This document shows positions 26,391 through 35,264 of a stretch of DNA of 37,047 nucleotides, in pieces. Under the pieces are notes generated by a model that did no database searches, was not told the DNA's origin, and saw nothing but the letters and a program-made list of their open reading frames with translations. The DNA comes from Nitrososphaerales archaeon. Its GTDB lineage: Archaea; Thermoproteota; Nitrososphaeria; Nitrososphaerales; CADDZS01. The position numbers were made by a program, and so were the translations under genes. The stretch's first letter is position 1, and every line of letters begins with the position of its first letter. Location: NCBI GenBank assembly GCA_035533635.1, contig DATLTL010000061.1, positions 1 to 37,047 on the forward strand. The letters run 5' to 3'.

Positions 26391-26804
26391 TTAGGCCGGT
26401 TGCATTCTTTTCTTCCGGTAGTCCAATCTCATATGTATGAATCCAAGCTTGGGTCGTTGCTCAGTTTTCTTCTCTACGAATTTTTTTATCATATTTGCGT
26501 TATTTGTCAGTATGTATCCTACTTCCATATCTGGCAAATTTGAAATTGTGGTTCGCCCTTTCCGTCCGTTCAAAAGGAGGATCGGAATGGTCTCTCGAAT
26601 GGACTTTTCGTACTCAAGCGAAATCTGATAAACCATTGCTCCAGACATCTTTTCTTCAATGAGTTTAGATTCAGAGATTCCCTTGTACACTTCTGTGGTC
26701 AGATTGCTCTGAACATCCTCTAGTCGTAGAAGTGTGAATATCCCGTCGAAGCGGCTTATGACTTTGGTTTCATTTACAATGTTGTTGTGTAGCCTGCCAA
26801 TCAT
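26391..26804 (-). CDS. hypothetical protein (137 aa), first gene of the minus-strand operon
   Basis: ORF 53 nt upstream of the nuclease-like gene on the same strand. Confidence 0.45.
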   Translation of the reverse strand: MIGRLHNNIVNETKVISRFDGIFTLLRLEDVQSNLTTEVYKGISESKLIEEKMSGAMVYQISLEYEKSIRETIPILLLNGRKGRTTISNLPDMEVGYILTNNANMIKKFVEKKTEQRPKLGFIHMRLDYRKKRMQPA

Positions 26805-27346
26805 TGCTCTGATTTGTTCACGCCCAGAAATCAGACGCTTAGTTAAGACATCTCACCAATCCAAAGTCCAATTCGTGTCGGGAAAGTATTAGGACTTTGT
26901 AATAACTATGGAGATTCTTAGGTCATTTCTATATACATGCAGGCAGTCTGCCTGTCTCTCTAACTATCTCTTGGTCTCTGGCAATCTCTGGCAAGCAGGC
27001 ATACAGGGAAGCAGACAAGCAGGGGCAAGAAAGAGAGGCTTGAATGGTGGGTTTACGCCAGTCTTGTCCTTGCTAGTTTTGTACAAGATTTTCAAGAGAT
27101 ACAAGTTCATTGGAGGTAAAATGTACTCCAAATTCGCTGGAAAGTGGTATTTGACTGTCCTAATTGTTTTGTTCATTTCATACATCATTTATTTGACTTA
27201 CGCACTGCAGCCCACTTTGGCAATAACTACTGTCGCGACATCAACCGCGTCCACTGGATAGGTATCAAAATACTCTAACGAATAGTAAATGTCTGAGTGA
27301 CGACGTCCTAATTTATATTCTCGGGCAGGCATCACAGCTCTGTGCA

Positions 27347-27961
27347 ATGACTACAGAAATGCAAAGCAAGGAAAAACTTGCGGAATCTGAATATTTCCTA
27401 GAGCTTCTTCGAAGCAACTTTGGAGACCTAAGAATTATGAAATATTGCTTCTCCGCATTCATGAGCGCAGTTCACAGCACAATGGACATCATGCTGTACG
27501 ACTGTGCTGAGGCGTTTGAATTGCGTCTCACGCGAGAGGAGAGATTCGAACAAAGAGACTTCGCACTAGTTGCCCGAGCAAAAGAAAATAAAAACGCTTT
27601 GGAATTTCTTGCATGGTGGAAGCAAAAGGTGGGACTCCTGAGCAAGAATCCCCTGTGGAATACACGACATGTGATAAACCATCGTGGTTATCCTCCAGTG
27701 AAGCAGACTGTATTTGTTTCTGGAACTATTCTGGCTCAATCCAGTGTCAGTTACGAACTTCCTTCTATTGATGAAGTCATCGTTAGTGGTTCCGTAGGGC
27801 CCGTATTACCCAGTAACGCTTGGCAGAATATTGTTACAAATCCAGAAATCTATCTTGAGGAGTTTCCAGACATCGACCTTCGAAAACTATGTCAGATGTT
27901 ATGGAGCGAAGTCGGAGCCATCGTTTCAGAGGCCGAAAAGAAGTTCTTGAGTGCGCGATGA
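27347..27961 (+). CDS. hypothetical alpha-helical protein with a possible HEPN Rx4H motif
   Basis: Helical N-half (SEYFLELLRSNF...FSAFMSAVHSTMDIML) followed by NTRHVINHRG (R-x4-H). It overlaps the next gene by 11 nt. Confidence 0.35.
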   Translation: MTTEMQSKEKLAESEYFLELLRSNFGDLRIMKYCFSAFMSAVHSTMDIMLYDCAEAFELRLTREERFEQRDFALVARAKENKNALEFLAWWKQKVGLLSKNPLWNTRHVINHRGYPPVKQTVFVSGTILAQSSVSYELPSIDEVIVSGSVGPVLPSNAWQNIVTNPEIYLEEFPDIDLRKLCQMLWSEVGAIVSEAEKKFLSAR

Positions 27962-28838
27962 TGAGAAATCTGGCTCTAGGTCAAGAAATCACATGAATGC
28001 AGAGAGTAAAGGACTTCTGATACATATTGGAGCGGACACATCGAATGATGAAACTCTCGGAATCGTTGGTCCAGTTTTTCATGACAATCAATTTGAATTC
28101 ATCCCTATCGTTGAAACAATGCCGAGACAAGGTGCTCCAACTTATAGAGACATTAGGTGCACATCACGGCAATCTAGCCCCTACAACAGAAATCTTTCGT
28201 TCTACGTTCGTGAGCCCCTTGAACAGAAACCATGTCATTACGACCCTAACCCTGAAGGTTTCACTTATTCCGAGCCTCCTGATGCGAGAAGGGGAAAGCA
28301 GTTACTTCGCTTGTTACCAGATGATTTCATTTTCTTCGTTGCCAGTCTAGCCCAGTATTCGGAAGAGAGTTACCGCGAAGTTGATACATCAACAATTCGA
28401 CGACATCAGGCAGGACAAATGACAAAATATCTGATTGGCTATTTCAAGATAAGAGAAGTATTCCAAGTTGACACCAGTGCGACGGAGCAGTCTCGCCACT
28501 ATTCCATAAGAATAGCCCGAAACAACGCGGAAATAGATTCCTCTATGCTCGAGGCGGTTGAACCACAAATCAGGATCAACGCTCACTTCCTAAGACCATC
28601 TGACCGATTCATATGTGCGGTTGGCAATAGAATCGGAATGAAAGGGCAACAACGGCTGTCTCTGTTATTACCTGAAGCTATCCCGCTTACTGAAGGCTGG
28701 CCATTCAAACCGCTTCCCTTCGCCGAAAGGGTTTATGGGAAACTGAACTATCCGAGGGGTCACAAGTGGATTCCTAACGATTTGCGTCCAGATGGATTGC
28801 AGACTCTATTGTCCCGGATTTCAGAATTAGGAGAATGA
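27951..28838 (+). CDS. hypothetical protein resembling the Nmad3-type 'nucleotide modification associated' family
   Basis: LLIHIGADTSNDETLGIVGPVFHDNQFEFIPIVE follows the pattern h-h-x-G-x-D-S/T...G..(G/S)P(I/V)F.D(G/N).F.F(I/L)PI that I associate with that family. HYDPNPEGFTYSEP and DDFIFFVASL follow. The likely start is the Met of MNAESKG (27993). Confidence 0.35.
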   Translation: MRDDEKSGSRSRNHMNAESKGLLIHIGADTSNDETLGIVGPVFHDNQFEFIPIVETMPRQGAPTYRDIRCTSRQSSPYNRNLSFYVREPLEQKPCHYDPNPEGFTYSEPPDARRGKQLLRLLPDDFIFFVASLAQYSEESYREVDTSTIRRHQAGQMTKYLIGYFKIREVFQVDTSATEQSRHYSIRIARNNAEIDSSMLEAVEPQIRINAHFLRPSDRFICAVGNRIGMKGQQRLSLLLPEAIPLTEGWPFKPLPFAERVYGKLNYPRGHKWIPNDLRPDGLQTLLSRISELGE

Positions 28839-28845
28839 ATGGGAC

Positions 28846-29466
28846 TTGCAGCACTCCCAATTTCTCCGTAGCTACGTAATGACTGCTGACACGGGCTTTG
28901 CACCTTCTGTAGATAGGGACGGAAGATATCTGACCTTGTGCACTTGTAAAGGATATCACATACGAAGCGTTGCAAATGAAAACGACTGGATAATGGGCAC
29001 AGTTGGAACAAAACTCGCGAGCCTTCACGACGAGAACAATTTTGAGAGTGTAGTCTATCTAGCAAAGATTACAGAGCCTCCAATGAGTTTCAGAAAATAT
29101 TGGGAAGATGATAGATTCCTGAATAGATGCGATAGAGTCTATTCCCCGAGGGAGGATGGTGGAGGCTACATGTCGGTGCAATGGAATCCTCACCTCAATA
29201 ATAATAATCTCGAACCCGACGACACCAAACCTGACAGAGTTTTAATCTCGGATTACTTCTATTATTTTGGCCGCGACCCAATACGTTTGAGCAGTAGATT
29301 CCGTCGTTTCGTAGCGAGAGGTAGAGTGACTCGCAAATTCCCAATAGAGTCTATCCGTGAACTCCTCGACGACTTTGAAAGAAATTGTAGCGGGTTACGA
29401 AACAAGTGTCGTCCACCTTCCGACCCAAATCCCAGATGTCCTGAGGGGACCCTTTGTAGTGACTAA
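28846..29466 (+). CDS. hypothetical protein resembling the Nmad2-type 'nucleotide modification associated' family
   Basis: LRSYVMTADTGFAPSVDRDGRYLTLCTCKGYHIRSVANENDWIMG matches the Y.(V/M)..D.GFAPN...(L)TLA.CKP.IR...GDWI.G pattern recalled for this family. It starts 7 nt after the previous gene. Confidence 0.45.
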   Translation: MQHSQFLRSYVMTADTGFAPSVDRDGRYLTLCTCKGYHIRSVANENDWIMGTVGTKLASLHDENNFESVVYLAKITEPPMSFRKYWEDDRFLNRCDRVYSPREDGGGYMSVQWNPHLNNNNLEPDDTKPDRVLISDYFYYFGRDPIRLSSRFRRFVARGRVTRKFPIESIRELLDDFERNCSGLRNKCRPPSDPNPRCPEGTLCSD

Positions 29467-29839
29467 TGTCGGAGAATTATAGCGCGGCGATTTTATATTG
29501 TGGCTGGTAATAAATTCGGTATAAGACGAGTTGGAAGACTTTCTCAAGACACTTTCATTGACAATACTGTGCGTCTTCCTACTGGACTTTCTTCTCTTGC
29601 AATTCTTTCCAGTTATTCTTCCCCTGAATGTGCTGCTTTCCCATTATGCAATTCTCGTGGCAGCTTCAGGTCTTTCCGCAGCAGCGTTGCTCTTTCCATC
29701 GGATTTTCTTTCTATCTTAAGAGCAGACGTTCTTCGCTCAAAGCATTGAAAAAATTGTAGTTTTGAAGATTACCGACCCACGTCGGCATGTTGAATTGCT
29801 ATTTAAGCAGCACACAACTGCTATCCAAGGGAATTTCCG

Positions 29840-30316
29840 ATGAAACTCGTGCCCAGAGATTCGATTGACTGGAGTACCCGGAACAGCAGGAGTAGAAGTA
29901 GAATCGTAGAATTCGAAAACTTGGTAAAAAAAGCGACAATTGAAGAAGAAGCGACTGCAATTAAACTAACTCTTGGTCAAGCGAACGCACTTATTCGTAA
30001 AGTTAAGGCCGAAGTTGAATTCGCAGAGGTATTTTCGACTAGAGAAAAAGACGGCACGTACTCTGTCAAGGGATACGCAGAGGTATTTTCGACTAGAGAA
30101 AAAGACGGCACGTACTCTGTCAAGGGATACATTCGGGAAGATTTTGTCAAAATTAAATTGGTTCCAAACCCGCAGTTTCTTGTTAAAGAAGTTAGCAAGA
30201 ACTTTTTCTCAGTAAAATGCAATCACAAGAATTGCAGAGCGGGCGGCGTATTTTCAAAAGAAGACATGGAGTATTTCATTGCTTCGCATCCCGAGTATCA
30301 CGACAATAAGCCATGA
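29840..30316 (+). CDS. hypothetical protein containing a perfect 18-aa internal duplication
   Basis: AEVFSTREKDGTYSVKGY occurs twice in tandem. The C-terminus has KCNHKNC. Confidence 0.5.
   Translation: MKLVPRDSIDWSTRNSRSRSRIVEFENLVKKATIEEEATAIKLTLGQANALIRKVKAEVEFAEVFSTREKDGTYSVKGYAEVFSTREKDGTYSVKGYIREDFVKIKLVPNPQFLVKEVSKNFFSVKCNHKNCRAGGVFSKEDMEYFIASHPEYHDNKP
30023..30130 (+). repeat. perfect 54-bp tandem duplication (2 copies)
   Basis: gcagaggtattttcgactagagaaaaagacggcacgtactctgtcaagggatac at 30023-30076 is repeated exactly at 30077-30130. Confidence 0.95.
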
Positions 30317-30373
30317 ATCAGAAGGGTGTTTGACAAAATACTCTAGTAGCTACAGGCTTTCAAAATCGACGTA

Positions 30374-30646
30374 ATGTCTAGAGGGAACCCAACATGCTAT
30401 TCATGTGGAAACAAATTCGGATTTATTGAGAGGAAATACAATTTTACCAATGTGGTCTCGTATTGTTTTGCTTGTATGAAATGTTCAATTTGCGGAAGTA
30501 AAGCGTATGGCGATTATCGACATCTATTAACCAACGACAGTGCTGTATGCGCTTTATTTTCGATTATGAATTCTGTGCATGGATGCCAAATCTGTAGAAC
30601 TTTTCCGAGCAAGCGTGCGAGGCCGTCACTAATTGTTAAAATATAA
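30374..30646 (+). CDS. small Cys-rich (zinc-binding-like) protein
   Basis: CYSCG, CFACMKCSICG and CQIC pairs in 90 aa. Confidence 0.4.
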   Translation: MSRGNPTCYSCGNKFGFIERKYNFTNVVSYCFACMKCSICGSKAYGDYRHLLTNDSAVCALFSIMNSVHGCQICRTFPSKRARPSLIVKI

Positions 30647-30753
30647 GGCCCGGGAAGCCATAGTGATGAGAGATTATACATCTGTAGTAATATTCTGCAT
30701 CTGTTCTAGCTTCAAATGCTCTAGGAAATTTCACTTGGGTTCTAATAATCAGG

Positions 30754-31089
30754 TTGAGCTATAGAATGGCCATGGCATGGGCAAGGAACAAGACAACTAG
30801 TGAGCACGTCAACCTCATCGATGCAATTTTTACCAAGGAAAGGTTGATGATAATAGAAGTCCTCAAAACGAAAGGTAAGAAGAATATTAGCGAACTCTCG
30901 AGATTGACTAATATTGATAGGACTTCAATGACACATCACCTGGGTATTCTCAAGAACTATGGTATAGTAACATCCAAGTACGAGCAGCTTCCGAGCGGCA
31001 AATTGAAGGGGAAGTTCGGTAAGTACTACGAGCTGAACAACGAGAAATACGAAGAAGCAAAAAAAATAGTTTACAGTAAGCTCCCTTAA
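30754..31089 (+). CDS. ArsR-family winged-HTH transcriptional regulator
   Basis: RLMIIEVLKTKGKKNISELSRLTNIDRTSMTHHLGILKNYGIV is a typical ArsR/SmtB HTH. Confidence 0.7.
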   Translation: MSYRMAMAWARNKTTSEHVNLIDAIFTKERLMIIEVLKTKGKKNISELSRLTNIDRTSMTHHLGILKNYGIVTSKYEQLPSGKLKGKFGKYYELNNEKYEEAKKIVYSKLP

Positions 31090-31263
31090 AATCTCTCCAA
31101 TAATTCAGCAGAAAGCTGAGAGAGCGGTTCTCACCATATTCTGATGGGCGCACTCAACTGGTAATAGAAAAGTTCGTCAAAGGCCGTAAAAATAGTCTGT
31201 ACCAGAGGCTATCTTAAATGGTTAAATATCTCTAGTGGCGTTAATAACTACACTTGTAGCAAA

Positions 31264-31791
31264 ATGCGTCATCAACTGCGCTCGCATAGCCGTATGTCGT
31301 ACCAATCATCAAGTGCAGACTCAAGTGTTTACGCGGCGCTTCTTATCATAATTGTTATCATAGCCGTGGCTGGTATTGGTGTTTATTCGTACTTATCAAT
31401 CACGCCTAGCAGTAGCATCGTTACAATCAGCCCACCCAATGTGAAAATTGTAAACGTCTCATGGCAGTCTGCGGGTGTTTTTGGGGGCCAGAAAAATTCT
31501 ATCAATCAGAATGACAAAACATCAATTTCCTTTAAGATAGAAAGTAACAGCCAGTCTGTCTATTCAGGACTCGTTGCAGAGGCCGCGCTTTCACCAAATG
31601 TCCAAGGCATAGAGATTTCACCTTCCACTCAAGCTATCGAAACTCTGGGTCCGCAAGGTACTAGCCAATCGTACACTTATGATGTGCAAACAGTCAATGC
31701 GCCCCCTGGCACATACACAATTAGCATCCTCGTCACGTGGAACAATTTGACAGCTGCAAGCACATCACAAGACTTGACAGTGACCGCTTAG
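31264..31791 (+). CDS. N-terminally anchored extracellular beta-rich protein
   Basis: TM/signal-anchor VYAALLIIIVIIAVAGIGVYSYL, then a Ser/Thr/Asn-rich beta-strand-like domain. Confidence 0.5.
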   Translation: MRHQLRSHSRMSYQSSSADSSVYAALLIIIVIIAVAGIGVYSYLSITPSSSIVTISPPNVKIVNVSWQSAGVFGGQKNSINQNDKTSISFKIESNSQSVYSGLVAEAALSPNVQGIEISPSTQAIETLGPQGTSQSYTYDVQTVNAPPGTYTISILVTWNNLTAASTSQDLTVTA

Positions 31792-31795
31792 GAGT

Positions 31796-32170
31796 TTGAA
31801 TAACATGCCAAGTGGTTTGTATGCGATTGTGTTCATTCCTGCCGTCATTGCGGGTGTGTTCGCAGGAATATTTTTGGTCACGGGAATTAATATTGACCCT
31901 GATTCACTTGTGATAAATGCGCTGAACCCGGTAATGCACCAATTTGGAGGAACCGCATCGTCAATTTGGAATCTTTCAACTACAATTTTACTTCTTGCAA
32001 GTATAGTAGCCGCTGTCATCACGATAGTGACAATAGTTCTAACGGGTTTACCAGGAATTGTGGTTGGAATTTGTGGTTTTCTAGGTATGATTCTAATAAT
32101 AACAGGTCAGTTAGCTGTCGTAGGCGTATTCATGCTTATCATCGGACTTGTCATTTCCATAGTATTCTAA
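31796..32170 (+). CDS. multi-pass integral membrane protein
   Basis: About four hydrophobic helices. Starts 5 nt after the previous gene. Confidence 0.55.
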   Translation: MNNMPSGLYAIVFIPAVIAGVFAGIFLVTGINIDPDSLVINALNPVMHQFGGTASSIWNLSTTILLLASIVAAVITIVTIVLTGLPGIVVGICGFLGMILIITGQLAVVGVFMLIIGLVISIVF

Positions 32171-32224
32171 GCGACTCGGTCGGCGAATCCATACACAACA
32201 TCAAGGCGCCAGAGGTTTTTCGAC

Positions 32225-32479
32225 ATGGTAAGGAAATCGTTTGCAATAAAACATGGAAGATACTTTGCAGCTGCAGGCTGGGGTAGATATGGCCCATATG
32301 CCGTCGGAACTTATCGAAGAGGTAGAGGTGTGGCTAAAGTGACCGTAGGAACAAGGGGAGGTACAATTGGCGGACGCATTCGAGTTTACCGAAAAGTTCG
32401 GGTGGGAGCTACACTCAATCTTACTCATCATCGCCATTCTCTATCGCTAAGAACAAGACGAAGGATTTACCGACTCTAG
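32225..32479 (+). CDS. small Gly/Arg-rich basic protein (uncertain)
   Basis: 84-aa ORF GRYGPYAVGTYRRGRGVAKVTVGTRGGTIGGRIRVY. An antisense ORF overlaps it. Confidence 0.25.
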   Translation: MVRKSFAIKHGRYFAAAGWGRYGPYAVGTYRRGRGVAKVTVGTRGGTIGGRIRVYRKVRVGATLNLTHHRHSLSLRTRRRIYRL

Positions 32480-32619
32480 TGCCTAATGCAGAATGATTAT
32501 TTTCCTAGCTCGGTTCACGAGGTTTGCACCAAACGCATGCACCCCTTTAGCGAATTCGGACGTATTTGAGTTTCTATTTCATATTGTGACCTGACTAATT
32601 GAAGACTTTACCAATTATG

Positions 32620-32907
32620 TCAACTTGTGCCATTGATGTGATTAGGATTAGGAATGAAAACAGTCGAAGGGATATTGCAATTATTCGACCACTCATTACC
32701 CACTCCGTGAATGTTGACTTCACCGATTCCAAATGTTTGACATGACAGGGACGTGTGAATTGTTGTATTCAGTCCCGTTGCGCCATATTGGTCGGGAACT
32801 GTATAGGATTGGGAAGTAGGAACATAAATGAAGACTGCCATGAGGATAATTACAATCATTACTATGCTCACAATGTCCAGATAGAGTGTCCTGTTTGCTT
32901 TCGCCAT
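32620..32907 (-). CDS. small N-terminally anchored protein
   Basis: TM helix IVSIVMIVIILMAVFIYV followed by a short Cys-containing ectodomain. Confidence 0.4.
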   Translation of the reverse strand: MAKANRTLYLDIVSIVMIVIILMAVFIYVPTSQSYTVPDQYGATGLNTTIHTSLSCQTFGIGEVNIHGVGNEWSNNCNIPSTVFIPNPNHINGTS

Positions 32908-33112
32908 GTAAGATATCTTCTAAGATGTCATCAGTGTTATTTGAAAGTATGCGATTGCAATACTGTTCTAGCGAACAGAACACGTGATTACTTGCGTTGC
33001 GGCGTTTGAAGATGGCAGCCAGAACAATGCGACAACTGTGGCAACTGCTACTTGAAGAGTTGATATCTTCTTGCCTCAAGAAAAGCACTCTAGATTAGTC
33101 TCAAATAGTTAG

Positions 33113-33430
33113 GTGCCGTTGATATTTGCTATGAAATACGTAAAGCTGTTTGTTGGCTTTCTCGCAGCTGGAATCGCATTTATTTTAGCGGGTTTTTACA
33201 TCAGGACATTACCTGTAAATGCATTTGACCCGAATTTTTGTTATCAATGTGGCCTTACCCCGAACACGCCCAACTTGCACTTGACCTTTGACGTGGGCAC
33301 TCTAGTTATCGGGATTGGCGTTGCTCTCCTAATAGTAGCTCTCGTCATTGGATTGTATGGTTATTTCAGCGACAGGAAAAATGCGAAGATGGCTAAAATT
33401 GAGCCTAATCCGGCTCAAGTAAATCCTTGA
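33113..33430 (+). CDS. small two-TM membrane protein
   Basis: FVGFLAAGIAFILAGFYI and LVIGIGVALLIVALVIGLYGY. Confidence 0.5.
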   Translation: MPLIFAMKYVKLFVGFLAAGIAFILAGFYIRTLPVNAFDPNFCYQCGLTPNTPNLHLTFDVGTLVIGIGVALLIVALVIGLYGYFSDRKNAKMAKIEPNPAQVNP

Positions 33431-33515
33431 GTACACGAAGAAATCTGGGCTTGTGTGTTTTCCTGTGTAGTTTTAAATAGGAATTTCGGATATTACTTAT
33501 TTCGACTATGCTAGC

Positions 33516-33797
33516 ATGAATAAAATTCTCGTCATGATAGTAATAGCTTTGGTACTAGTTGGTATCGTGGCTATCGGATACATCTTGAGTCCTACGGCAC
33601 ATGTAACGGAACAGGTCGTGGTAAGGACTGAGGTTACTGGATTCGTTTGCACTTTTACAACTTCAAGCCCGCCTGTCATAACTACAGCAATTACTTACAC
33701 AACCTACATCACTGCCAACAATATCACATCTCCTTTTGGTAAAACAATTGTGACCACTCAGACGACTCAAACCACAGAGTTGTCTTCGTGTGCCTAG
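33516..33797 (+). CDS. small N-terminally anchored Thr-rich protein
   Basis: ILVMIVIALVLVGIVAIGYIL, then a T-rich segment. The architecture is similar to 22968-23591. Confidence 0.45.
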   Translation: MNKILVMIVIALVLVGIVAIGYILSPTAHVTEQVVVRTEVTGFVCTFTTSSPPVITTAITYTTYITANNITSPFGKTIVTTQTTQTTELSSCA

Positions 33798-33852
33798 AAT
33801 GTTGAAAGAATTGGTTTCCAAGTCGGCAATCAGTAAGAGATAGTGTAATGAC

Positions 33853-34110
33853 ATGATACAAACTCACAGATTAGCGGGAATAACATTAATCTTGTGGGGG
33901 TTCTATTTCATGTACTCTTCCCTGACTTCGAGATACTCTCTACAACCTTCTTTTCTTTTGTCTTACTATCTCCCTTTGGCTGTCGGTCTCGGATCTGCGG
34001 TATTCGGGATTTACTTGATAGTAGGGAGAAAGCCAATATTTGCAAACCACAACGCAAGCCTAGTAACGAAAGAGCCCTCAGCTAAGGAGAAATTGGAAGG
34101 CTTTGCGTAA
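33853..34110 (+). CDS. small two-TM membrane protein
   Basis: Two hydrophobic helices. Overlaps the next ORF by 8 nt. Confidence 0.45.
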   Translation: MIQTHRLAGITLILWGFYFMYSSLTSRYSLQPSFLLSYYLPLAVGLGSAVFGIYLIVGRKPIFANHNASLVTKEPSAKEKLEGFA

Positions 34111-34408
34111 GGAGTTCACAATTATTGGCACAGGTGTTGCCGTTGTCGGAGTGGTTCTCATATTGATTACTTTGTCTACTCCAATCTACCCTCTGAATCC
34201 TTTAGTCCAAGGTATTGCTGAGACATGCACTTACAATAGGAATTATTTGGAGTTGTATCTGGGAATCATCCTACTCGCAATTGGTGCTATTCTCGCACTG
34301 GTGTCAATGCGAATAAAATCGAAACCGTCGACCGAAAGTATCCATGAAGAAACAGAAGCAAAACCGAATACGCAGAGTTGTTCTGTTATTCCAAAGTCTC
34401 AAATGTGA
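34103..34408 (+). CDS. small two-TM membrane protein
   Basis: GTGVAVVGVVLILITL and LGIILLAIGAILALVSM. Confidence 0.45.
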   Translation: MRKEFTIIGTGVAVVGVVLILITLSTPIYPLNPLVQGIAETCTYNRNYLELYLGIILLAIGAILALVSMRIKSKPSTESIHEETEAKPNTQSCSVIPKSQM

Positions 34409-34521
34409 TTCTCGGTTTAATTTGGACATAGTAGGTTGGAAACTGTTTGAAGAGAGAAGGCAAGCGAAATAATAGAATCGTTGTTTTCATCCTTTTGGGA
34501 GTTTTGGCCATCGGCGCAGTT

Positions 34522-34880
34522 GAGTCGATCGGAAAATCGATTTCGATCAATTGAACAAGGGCAAGCAATTGCTATTGAAAATCGATCAAAAAAATTAGCT
34601 TGAAATTGAGAGAAGATGGGTAACTCGTAACCTTTCACGGCTGCATATCTCGCTGACCCAATACCTTGGTAATCCCGATGCAAAAAGCCCCGCCCCTCCC
34701 TCTTGCTTTGCGGATGGATTGCTCGTCCTCTGAGATCAAAATCTATCTATATGGCAAATCCGTTGATGCAATCTATGGTTCGACTGTTCGATTCGAATCA
34801 ATTCTATCGATCGATGAATCGAAGGATTGATTGATCGAGAAACGGGGGGCGCGAAAAATCGATCAAAAAAAATAGATCGA
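34522..34880. repeat. intergenic cluster of (G)AAAATCGAT(C) / TCGATCGAT / GATC motifs with A-tracts
   Basis: gaaaatcgat at 34532 and 34577, gaaaaatcgatcaaaaaaaa at 34854, tatcgatcgatgaatcga at 34804-34821, plus further tcgat/gatc sites. No ORF that looks coding. Confidence 0.5.
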
Positions 34881-35013
34881 ATATGAAGATCCATCCGCAT
34901 CCACGTGGATAATTTTCTCTGAGGCGGGACAACCGTATGTCTACAACATTTGTCGACATTGTCGACTTCGCTCGCAATCCGCTCAATCCAAGGATGGTTT
35001 CTTTAAAGGCACA

Positions 35014-35226
35014 TTGCATCACTTTCTGAGCATGCCGAGATGGAAGGAAGGGTCGCGAGAGTTTACGTTCAGCGTAAATTCTCACGAGACTAGAGGGCAT
35101 CAGTGCACAATTCCAAAGCCTGTAATTGAAGCCCTGGGAGAACCGGAGAGGATCACGTTCATGATCAAAGGCAAGAGAGTCGAAGTAGAAGCTGCAGAAG
35201 GTACAAGGAAATCATCACTACTTTGA
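35014..35226 (+). CDS. small AbrB/SpoVT-like (antitoxin-type) DNA-binding protein candidate
   Basis: CTIPKPVIEALGEPERITFMIKGKRVEVE resembles the swapped-hairpin AbrB/MazE motif (tIPk.ir..lg..d.v). Confidence 0.35.
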   Translation: MHHFLSMPRWKEGSREFTFSVNSHETRGHQCTIPKPVIEALGEPERITFMIKGKRVEVEAAEGTRKSSLL

Positions 35227-35264
35227 GAAGCTCGGGTTGAAGGAGAATTTTTGAGAGTAGGTGT

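Noticed and set aside
29500-29760. Two overlapping + strand ORFs (86 and 72 aa)
   Set aside because: Both frames are open across the same T/C-rich stretch and give Leu/Ser/Phe-rich peptides with no start context or motif. This is probably non-coding sequence upstream of 29840.
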